From: Trypethelium eluteriae
Taxonomy: Eukaryota
Length of the DNA: 34,345 nt
Assembly (NCBI GenBank): GCA_051942245.1
Contig: JAVECL010000229.1
Coordinates: 1-34,345 of the forward strand
Direction: 5' to 3'
Every line of letters starts with the position of its first letter. The first letter of the stretch is position 1. A program made the position numbers and the translations under genes. Positions 1 to 9,724 of the stretch are shown here, piece by piece. Under the pieces are notes generated by a model. It did not search any database. It was not told the origin of the DNA and saw nothing but the letters and a program-made list of their open reading frames with translations.

Positions 1-1320
1 CTATCGTAGGGAGGTGGGGGACCACCTCGGCCACGAGAGGGGCCAAAAGAGCCGCGGCGAGGAGGTGGAGGGCCCGAAGAATAGTCACGAGAGTAGGGAT
101 CTCGCGGATGATAGTCGCCTCCTCTGTAGCCGCCCCGGCCACCACGAGGATGTGACGGAGCTGAGAGGACGGAAGTACTACCAGGACGATTGTGGGCGGA
201 CATTGAGACTTGACTAGAAGACGGCCCACTTGGAGGAGAGCCAGCATAGGCGCGAGAAGGCGGCGGGCCTCGAGATTGCTCGCCGTTGCGGAAGGGAAGT
301 CCACTTCGACCATCTCCATTAGGCGGGTAATCTCGTGGAGGTGAGTCGTGTCGTCTTGGCGGGGAGCGAGGTGGATACGGGGAACGAGTCCTGGTTGGGT
401 ATGGTTCAGGGTCAGGTTGCATTGCAGCCCTACTGGGGTGGACTGGTGGAGACGACCGCCGAGATGTGGCTCCTGATCCCTCCGCTTCGGCGCGCTCACG
501 ACCGGTTCTTGGTGAAGGCGAGCGTCGCCTCCAGTCTTCCACAGCATACGGGTCCACACGTTCAGAACGGTAGCCTGGTGAGCGAGAGCGAGGACGATAT
601 GTTCTCGAAGGTGGTGGAGATCGACGGGTGTCGCGCTTGGGGGAATATTCGCGCCTTTTCAGTTAATGTTAGTAGCACATCTTGCACACCCAGCACCATG
701 CTCTTTAGGAGACGTACCTATCCGAGCGAGGGGGATAGTCGTCATATCTCCCACGCCGAGGGGAATGAAGCCTCTCTCTCTTGGCGGGCGGAGGCGAGCG
801 CACTCCTCGACTGCCCACGGGAGATGCTTCTCGGCTACGCTTCAAGGGTAACGGAGACCTTTCTCTTGCATATCTCGGAGAGCGTTCCTGATACCTATCT
901 TCTGCACGGTAGCTTCTCGGTGGTGGCGAGCGCATTCTCTCATCATGTCTGTAGTCGGACCTTCGCGGTGAGAAGCCACGCCTTGGAGGGGGTGATCTCG
1001 GCCGACCCCTGTAAGATGTGCCTGGACTTCGCGATCTTGCGCGGAATCGCTCTCGTGAACGGCTGCGGGGCCTCGCTGCTCGAGAATTTGAGGGGATGTA
1101 GGTATCTACAGGAGGCTGTCTTGGACGATAGTCATCTCGGAGAGGCGAACGACCTCCAGTGGGTCTGTACGTCTCTCCGTGAAATGAAGCATCTCGATCG
1201 TATGATCTAAAATCATGTCTCAGTATGGCGAAGGAGGGAAAAAAAAAAAAAAAAGTTCACCCAGGCCCAGCCTGAAAAGAGGTTAGGTTAAACGAACCTT
1301 CGATCACGGTCACTATCCAT
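1..1320 (-). CDS. Arg/Ser/Pro-rich (SR repetitive matrix-like) protein, 3' end runs off the window
   Basis: ATG at 1320; exons 1298-1320, 718-1206, <1-654. Introns 1207-1297 (GTTCGT..CTGAG..TAG) and 655-717 (GTACGT..CTAAC..AAG) join in frame: MDSDRDRRSYDRD...RSRSP...RSPPP...VSMSAHNRPGSTSVLSAPSHPRGG. Track ORF 705-935 is part of exon 2. Confidence 0.8.
1239..1254. repeat. Poly(A) run (poly-U on the sense strand) within intron 1 of the SR-rich gene
   Basis: Run of about 16 A on + strand inside intron 1207-1297. Confidence 0.85.
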
Positions 1321-1927
1321 CTTGACAACTTTGGGTAGTCAATCTAGCTACCACAGGGCAGATGTAGCGGGCGAGAACAAGTCTTCCTAAGATTAACAAT
1401 GAGTGTCGGTTGTTTGAAGATGCAGCTGTAAGATGAGGTGCAGCGGAAAATGCTCGACGCGCTCCGAAGTGTCTAAGCGGACACGGCGGACAGCATGGAT
1501 GCAAGCGGCCGCAGCATCACATGACCAAGCTCACGGGTCAGGTCTAAGGTCTCTCGGGCTCTGATTCTATAATGGGAGACGACGTAAAACTCTCGCATGT
1601 GTCTTAGGTCTCGGCGGCAGTACCTTAGCCTTCGTATTGACATCAAATTCCCGCGGGCTCCGAGCGATCGCTGCGCGCACACTTGAATCATCATCGTATG
1701 GAGCGACCCATCCCATATTCTTAGATGAGGGCAGCCGGTTGCAAACCTCTTTTGTGGAAGTCGAACCAGTTAGGACTCGCCCACGCATACCCAAAGCATT
1801 ACTGAGAGGTGAAAGTCTTAGAACATCTTTCTTGGGTATCATGTCTTAGCACCACTGGCCCTATCACTGGCTATGCAACTGCCGTACACAGATGGATCTT
1901 TTCTCTTAGACCACCAGCGGTCATCCT

Positions 1928-3743
1928 TTATCGTCGCTTCCTTCGCTCTTCATCCTTCTTCTGCCTCTTACGACTCTCATCTGCTATCATTTGGCTCAAA
2001 TCTTCTTGATCTAGTCGTCCTGCCCATTGCCCTTGCTCTTTTCGTTGAGTTTCATACTGCTTTTTGACCTCATCTGAGCTTAGCTTATCATCTCTTTGCA
2101 GAGCATCCATATCGACTGAAACATCCACATCCCCGACTTTGCGCTTCCTGCTATTCCGATCGTCTTGACCCAACACCGGGAGATTACGTTCATTAGCCTG
2201 CCCGCCCTTGAGATCGTAGGCACGCTCTCCACCGAAGAACCCTTGGCTACGGATATTGTGTTCCGGCAATACCGTATATGCAGACCTTGGATGTGTCGAT
2301 TCCTCGGTCTCTGTGCCTCTGGTCGGCTTTCGCATGGTGAAATCAGTTTGCACTGTCTCAGTGCCACCGTATTCTGTAGCTGCTGCCGATGGAATACCCA
2401 TGTTTTCGACTCCCTTGCCAGCGTCTTGCTCGTCATCTTCCGCCTCGTCTTCCTCCTCTTCGTCTTCCTCGTCCTCTTCAGATTCCTCCTCAGGCGGCTG
2501 CAGTTCGCCCCACAACGTCTTCTCCACGGGCTCGCCCAGTGACTGATTTTGTTGAGGTTGTAAGACGCCGAAGATGTCACCCCCATACAGTGGTCGATTA
2601 TATTCGTCCACGGGTGGCTTCCCATAGCCGCCAGGGTGAAATCCCCATTGCCCTCCTGGCGGAGGAGGCGCATTCAATCCTGGGATCTTGAGTGCTGGAT
2701 AGGATGGGGGTGGGCCAAATCTTTGCTGGTTGATGAGCCATGGGGGTGGCGCACCAGGAGGAATGCTCAGTGCATCCTTGAGCTCGTCACTCAGCTCGCC
2801 TGGACGTAGATGTCGTAGATTGGTCTCATACTCTTTGCCTTCGTAGTAGACTTCTCCGTAACGAGTGAGCTCAGGCTTGGTTTGAAAGCGAAAGAAGGCC
2901 TCGTAGAGCTTTTGATAGTCAATGTCCAGCTTTCCTAGCTTTCCTTGAACGCGTTCACGCTGCTTCTGCTTCAGCGTCTGTTGATCTTGCTTCTCTAGGA
3001 CCGCATCCCGCATTTCTGCAATGCCGGTGTCTGCAATGAATTTTGGCAACTGAAAGGGGGGTTTCTCGACGCCTCGCTTGGATGAGAGGTACTCCCGTTT
3101 CAGTGACCAATGGCTTGGGACGGGGACAACGTTCCGATATGACTTGAGAGCAACAAGTAGTTTGGGGTCGGAAGCGTCTGCATCCGTCCACTCAACCATC
3201 TCTGGATGCTTGACTAAAGCCTTAAGCTCTGCGATCGATAACTTGTTCTGCCTTTTCCTCGCTTTCTTGGAAAGCTTTGGTTGCCCATTTTCCTGCTCTT
3301 CATCCGGAATATCGTCGTCGTCATCGAAAAACACCTCGGGTTTATCAGGCTCCTTTGCCGATGGGTCTTCTTTATCGGCCTCGTTGAACTTGGCGAAAAT
3401 TTCTTTGTATTGCTCATAAAGAGAATCCGATTCATCAAGCTCGACGCCAGCTTCCAATTCGGAGCTTTCAGGTTCGAGTAGATCATGCGCAACGTCTACC
3501 GTCGTAGCTTCGGAGGTTGTCACAGACGGTGCCGGTGCCTGGGTGGTAGTCGAGATCGCAACAGAGTCGGCATCCGAAGTTTCGACTGGCGGCTCTGGAG
3601 TTTCTCGGGGTGTTGCTGACTAGTCGTGCATTAGCTGGACAGCATATTCTGGAATGTCAAGAATTTTAACTCACCTCAGCCCTCTTCTTTTTTGCTTGCT
3701 GCCTTCGATACTGATTCTTAGATTGCTTGATAGCCCCGGGCAT
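1928..3743 (-). CDS. CUS1: U2 snRNP splicing factor 3B subunit 2 (SAP145/Cus1), ~586 aa
   Basis: Exons 3675-3743 (MPGAIKQSKNQYRRQQAKKKRAE) and 1928-3619; intron 3620-3674 GTGAGT..GCTAAT..TAG. Motifs VPVPSHWSLKREYLSSKRG, KLDIDYQKLYEAFF (DUF382) and PPPWLINQQRFGPPPSYP (PSP domain). Confidence 0.96.
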
Positions 3744-4300
3744 TTTGGCGACGCTTCCTCGTAAAGATATGGGGCAATAGAATGGGGAGAGACACAGATC
3801 TTAAAAGGTGAAGGTAGGTTGAAGATGGATCGGCACATCATCTGGCGGAGTCGGGCTCTTCGACAAGGTTTTGTCCCCACATCACTCCACTCGGAGGGCG
3901 AGGCGAGGATCTCCTTGCCAAATAAGGTAAGGTACTTTCCGTGCCACTCGTGCCTCCTCCTGCGGGCGTCGAGCTCGACATCTTTCCACCTTTCACACAC
4001 GGATTGCAACACCATTGGACGGCTATAAACAAATGCAAATGAAAGCAATATTAGTGATCTATCGATTTGTGATACTCGCGAGCCTTATATGAAGGGTATC
4101 TATCAGAGGAGCACGTGTGTTTGGCGATGCACAATTAAGCACGATCTATTTCGGGGTACCACGTAATAGGCCTCACATTTGATTTGAATTGCAGTTTACC
4201 TGATAAGCTCATCAAATTACTCTACCATGCCTAGACGAACGTCGATAAATGCTCTTCATACGTTCTAAAAACCGTACTTCCCGAGCTTTCTGCATTTCCT

Positions 4301-5308
4301 TTACGCCCAGTTATTCTCACCAAATTTTTGTTTCCAAAATCCCCTATAATTCTTCTTGGCTCCCTCTTCATTAATTGCTTTGATCTCTGTGGGCGTCAAC
4401 TTGAATGCTGCGCACCTCATGTAATCACTCATTCTCTGCTCCTTCCCAGACGTTGTAACAGGTACCACATCTTGATCTATACACCACCTCAAGCTTATCT
4501 CACCCTCGGACACAGCATACTTCTTTGCAAGTGAAGCTAGGATATTATCCACCGGCCCCGGGCTGGCTTTGGTATTAGCTGATAGAGGGCTATACGCTGA
4601 CGTGGCGATTCCGTGCTCTTTGTGGAAGGCTACCAACTCCGTGCGTTGCAAGTAAGGGTGGAATTCAACTTGGTTGATAGCCGGCTTGACAGTAGCGATA
4701 TCAAGAATTGGCTTAAGATCTTCGGGTCGATAATTCGACACGCCAATCGATTTGGTAAGGCCTTGGGCTTTCAAGGACTCCATGACCTTCCATTTTTCTT
4801 GATGATCCTCGGGCTTCTCGGAGAAGAAGGGCATGTGGATAAGATAGAGATCCACATATTGTAACTGCATATCCTTCAAACTCTTCTTGAGCGTAGCCTC
4901 AGGGTCTTCTATGCCATGGGACACCTTCGTTGTAATGAACAACTTGCTTCGGTCGACTTTGCTTTCCTTGATTGCAGTTCCAAGCTCCTTCTCAGTCCTA
5001 TAAGCTGCTCTCAATCAGACAAACGTCTATGCAAGAACTATAATTGTGCGTTTCACGCACATTCGGCACCATCAAGATGCGTATAGCCAACTCTGATTGC
5101 GGCTTTCACAGCATCAATGCAACCTTGGTCAATCTTGCCAGCATCGCCAGATTTGTACCACGCCGTCCCTACTCCATAGCCAAGCTTTGAATGGTCAGTA
5201 TTGAGCTAAAGCGCATATCTCAAATCAGCGTCATAGACTGCGTACCATTGGGATGGAATTGCCATCATTGAGCTTCAAATTTGGGAGAGGATTACTTAGA
5301 TTTGCCAT
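4301..5308 (-). CDS. Aldo-keto reductase (AKR3C / ketoreductase-like), ~296 aa
   Basis: Exons 5246-5308, 5061-5184, 4301-5004, canonical introns. LKLNDGNSIPMLGYGVGTAWYK, catalytic tetrad context DGAESY / FITTKV / DLYLIH, plus SIGVSN, INQVEFHPY, AYSPL. Confidence 0.93.
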
Positions 5309-5532
5309 AGCTCATGTGCCTATTTTACAAGTAGACTAATTACACTGCAAATGTGTATCTCCTAGAAAGTCAAAAGCTCTTGTGGAGCGAAGGGGGTAAA
5401 TATATTATTCCAATGGACTTGGCTGCGTATCAAGCGGTGAAATACTAGGCACAAGTCCGGCAACCATCATTGGGGTTGGCACGTCCACCCGTTGTTTACC
5501 CTGATGATACATCGCCAGATATCGCTGGCATT

Positions 5533-5553
5533 GTACCTAGGTACCTTAAGGTA
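5533..5553. repeat. Two overlapping perfect 12-bp palindromes GTACCTAGGTAC and TACCTTAAGGTA
   Basis: Read directly: gtacctaggtaccttaaggta, in the intergenic region upstream of the AKR gene. Confidence 0.85.
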
Positions 5554-6751
5554 TGTATCGTCATGTATGACGCAGGTGGTACGGAGCTATGTAAGGGACT
5601 GACAGCGAGACTGTCCCTCCACACGCCGAGATTTCCGGGCTGTCGATCATCCTAGCTCCGCTCACCTCCCATCATTCCTGTATGTTCCATGAACTACATC
5701 TTACCATGGTGTATGGGTTAATCCATAATCGTGTGTTCATTTTGATGTTCCCGCCTTTCCTCTGCTCTTGCTAACACCGACACCTTTGCGAATGCCCTTA
5801 ATCTGGCGCTGTATTCAACATCTTCCACCGAGCACCTTAGAAGTCTTCGGTTAAAGTTTGCATTTTTCCATGATTCTTTTGTCTTCCAACCCAATGCATG
5901 GTCTTTTTAAAAGGAGCCCTAATAAAAGCCATGAATTTCTCCAAGCATATTCGGAATGCAGTTCTAGTATGGCCGACGTTCACAGAATCCCCCTGAGCGA
6001 GCCGGGAGGCACCGGTGCAAAGTATTAAGCAGGTATTCTACTCCATACATGGCACCTCTACGAGAGGAGTTGCATTTCCCTTCGTGCCTCTATCCGAGAT
6101 ACATGCACAATCAACGCTTACACTACAGTTCCTATCTTTCGCAAAGTCATACAGAGGTGATGCTTATGCTGAAGGAGACACTCGCCTGGTATCTGCTTTC
6201 ACTAGCCTGGACCCTCACCAATCGGACAGGCGTGCAGTGATTTCTGATGTGAGATACATGAACAAACTTCTATGTCATTAGAATACTGCGTTTACCAAAG
6301 CCAAACGAGACTAGCATCCAAAACTCGGCATTCCGCCTCATCCCAAAGCCAGACTAACCCCAAAAACTTCAAGAAAAAGAGCAGCCGCGCTCAACGGGGG
6401 TGAGACCATTCTAATGAAGTCCCTGAGACGCCAAGCCTTATTTTCCCAATTAGGCCTCTAACAATCTCCCACCTTCTAACAGGGCTTTTTGTATCCGTTT
6501 TTGGCCTGGTCTTCTCAATAGCCCAATCTCCAAAACGCCGACCCATCAACAACCTAAAGCTAATCAGGAGAACAAGCGGGTATCCTTTTTTTTTTTCTTT
6601 TATTTTTTATAAGGAAAGGGTAGGTCCACAGCTCGATGTCCAATTAGTCGTCCTCAAGGTCGATCTATTTTCTCAACTCGATACGTTCGGGACTTTCGCT
6701 GGTCAAGAAGAAGCAATGACGAACAGCGCTGGACTGTCCGTGCTCGATCGC

Positions 6752-9724
6752 TTACACTGTTGCTTCGTGTTGCGTGGAGACACGCTGCAAAGAAACGACT
6801 GAGGACACACATTAGAAGGTGTTGCGGGTAGATGGGAAGAGCATTCACTTACCAAAATCCTCCAAATCTTTCTTCGGCTTCTTTGGTTTCACTGATTTGC
6901 CATGCACAATGTTGTCAAATCCTGTGCTTCCGTTCAAAAGGTAGAAGAAAAGCGCCATGAAACAGAAGATGCCAAAGGAGAGGATCCATACACGAACGAT
7001 CGTGAGACCGTCCGTAATTCGGCCACCCAAAAACAATCCGAAGACAGCGAAGAGCGTTGCCACGAGGTCCACAACGAGAATCGCACTGCTAAGCTGCCAC
7101 GAAGGCCAGGCTGACCAGAACGGTCCCTCAGCACGTGTGATGAAGATGAGCCAGTTCTGTGTGAGCACGATCTCGAGGAAAATAATCGAATCGCGTATGC
7201 CGACTTTTTCTTTTTCGACGATCCCGCCGAAGACTACCTGGCCTGCTTCGTGTGGCAGCATGAAGGAGAGAGTGATCCAAGTGCCGATGGCCAAGATGAT
7301 ACCGAGAATAACGGAAAGGCCCCAAATCTTAGGGATGTTCCACTTGACTGGCTTGTGTGCGAAAGGGGCCTTGTCATAGGCGATGGCGAGAGTAGCGATA
7401 TCGGCGAAAATAGCGATGAAGACGAGCAGGTTGAGGTTGATTGATTCATTCATGATTGCGATCCAGAGACCGAGGAAGATTTCCAGATGGAGGGATAGGG
7501 CGATTCGATACACAACGTAGGAGTACATACGGTGGAAAATTTGACGAGATGTTTTAATGGCGTCGATAATGGCAGACAGACCAGGTGCAGTGAAGACAAT
7601 ATCGGCGGCGGAACGGGCAGCTTCAGTAGCTCCTTCGACGGCGATGCCTGTATCGGCCTTTTTCAGAGATGGTGCGTCGTTGACGCCGTCGCCTGTCATT
7701 GCAACAAGATATCCACGATCCTGCAATATCTCTACCACGCGATATTTATGTTCAGGAAAGACTTCTCCGAAACCATCGGCTGCCTCGACGAAGTCGCAAA
7801 GTTCAGAACCAGTCATGGAGCCCACGGTCGCCCCCAGGCCGAGGCGTTCGGCGTCAAAAATGTTGGAGCCAAGACCGAGCTGACGAGAGACTTCTTTGGC
7901 GATACCGACAGCATCGCCCGTCAGCATCTTGATGTTCAGTCCAAGGTTGATGGCTTCGTTGATTGTTTGTGCAGTGTCATGACGAGGAGGATCAGAGAGA
8001 CAAAGGAGGCCAAGAAGCTCCCAATCGCAGCCTTCTTTCCTGCGAGCTACGCCGACTGACTTCAGGTTCCTGGATGCATAGTCGTTGACCTGGACCTTGA
8101 AGACCTGCTCGATTTCTGCCGGAATGGGATGGTCCTCAGTGATGAGCTTCAGAACTGTATACGCGGCACCCTTTACCACGGTATAGCGCTCTCCTTCTGG
8201 AGATTCGACAACGGCTCTGACTCTCTTGTTCATGTGGTCAAAAGGCGTGAAGTCGATGCTTTTGTACTTTTGGACGCGCGCCTTGACCGTAGGCCAGCCT
8301 TTCAAAGACTTTAAAACCGCCATGTCAATTGGATCAGCCCTCTTGGTGCGAGTAGTTGCGAGAGCGGCGGCTAAAACAATATCTGCAGGGTCTGCCGCTG
8401 CCACACAGAAAGGCTCTTGACAAGTCAGCTTGTTCTTGGTGAGGGTACCGGTCTTGTCAGAGCAGAGGATCTCGACGCCTGCAAGTGATTCGATAGCAGA
8501 CAACTTCTGGACGATGGCACCCTTCTTGGCGACATAGCTCGCCCCAACTGCCATGGTTGTGGTCACTACAGCCGGTAACCCAACAGGTACACCGACGATA
8601 GTGATAGCTAAAGTAAATTCGAGGATCTGATGGAGTCTATTTGATCGATAAAAACTAGCAATCCAAACGACGAGTAAAGTCAGCACAACGAGAGCAAGGA
8701 GAATAGCTCCAATGCCCTTGAGGACTTCGGTAAAATGGCCAGCGGTCTTTGTGCCGCCCACGAGAGCAGCGGTCCGCCCGACGAAGGTACTATCCCCGGT
8801 TGCCGTAACCATCATGAAGCCTTTCCCATGTTTAACGGTGGATGAAGATGAAACAGGATCCCAGTATCGCTTGGAAACGGGGAGTGACTCTCCAGTCAGA
8901 GAAGATTGGTCGATCTGGAAGAAAGCGCCTTCGGTGATGATGCGTCCATCTGCGGGGATTACAAGGCCCTAATATGGTGCGTTAGCATTTGATCTCATGG
9001 GCATTTTGCGTCTACAGACCTCTTCAAGCTTGACGATATCTCCTGGAACAAGTGTCTTAGCCTCGATCTCGAGGTGCTGACCGTTTCGAATGACGGTTGC
9101 TTTGAGGGCGAGAGTCCTTTTAAGCTGAGCCACAGTGTCACCTGCAGACTTCTCTTGGATCCAGCCGACTGCCGCATTGAGGAGAAGAAGAGCACAGATG
9201 ACACCGCAATCGATCCAATCTTGCAAGCCGGCGGCCAGGATAGCGGCGGCCTGGGAGAGAGACGAGTTAGCTGCTAGGCTTTCTGTTGCACAGGTAAGCT
9301 GACTCACCTCCATCACGAATTGGATGGGCCCAACGAAGAACATTAAGAATTTCTTGAGGAGGTTTTCCTTTTCCTCCTTCATTTCGTTCAGGCCGAATCG
9401 CTTTTTACGTTCATGAACTTCGGCGTCGGTAAGACCGTCGAAATGATTGGTCTTTAGCATCTCTTCAGGAACAGCTTTGGCAGCGCCTGGTAGGTTTTCG
9501 GTGTCGTCCATGATTTCATCTTGCTGCTTTTCGTCGTCATCGAGTTCGTCTAAGAGTGCATCCAAGTCTGTTGTCTCTTCATCGTCTTTATGGATTTGAG
9601 CGGTTTGAGGTGAAACTGAATCCATTTCTGTTTCCGCCGTGTGGACGGTCTTTTCACTAGCTTCGTTGGTCGGTTTATGCACACGTTGATGTGCTGATGC
9701 CTGATCATCAACGGCGAACGACAT
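6752..9724 (-). CDS. PMA: Plasma-membrane H+-ATPase (P3A-type), divergent Pma paralogue, ~936 aa
   Basis: Exons 9308-9724 (CAAAATG context; in-frame upstream ATG at 9844 also possible), 9020-9250, 6853-8968, 6752-6798. Motifs [21 protein letters not shown] (phospho-Asp), [30 protein letters not shown]-terminal [15 protein letters not shown]. Confidence 0.96.

Noticed and set aside
335..1210. 291-aa plus-strand ORF
   Set aside because: Antisense shadow of the spliced SR-rich gene; non-ATG start and no recognisable domain.
1567..1842. 91-aa minus-strand ORF between SF3B2 and the SR gene
   Set aside because: No recognisable motif; lies in the expected 3' UTR/promoter interval.
3900..3940. Minus-strand CCTTACCTTA..GGAGATC resembling the U1 snRNA 5' end
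   Set aside because: No U1-70K loop (GATCACGAAG), U1A loop or Sm site in the right order; explained by the AGGTA motif.
5700..6290. Short ORFs and a GTATGG..GCTAAC intron-like signal
   Set aside because: No nearby acceptor and no coherent reading frame.
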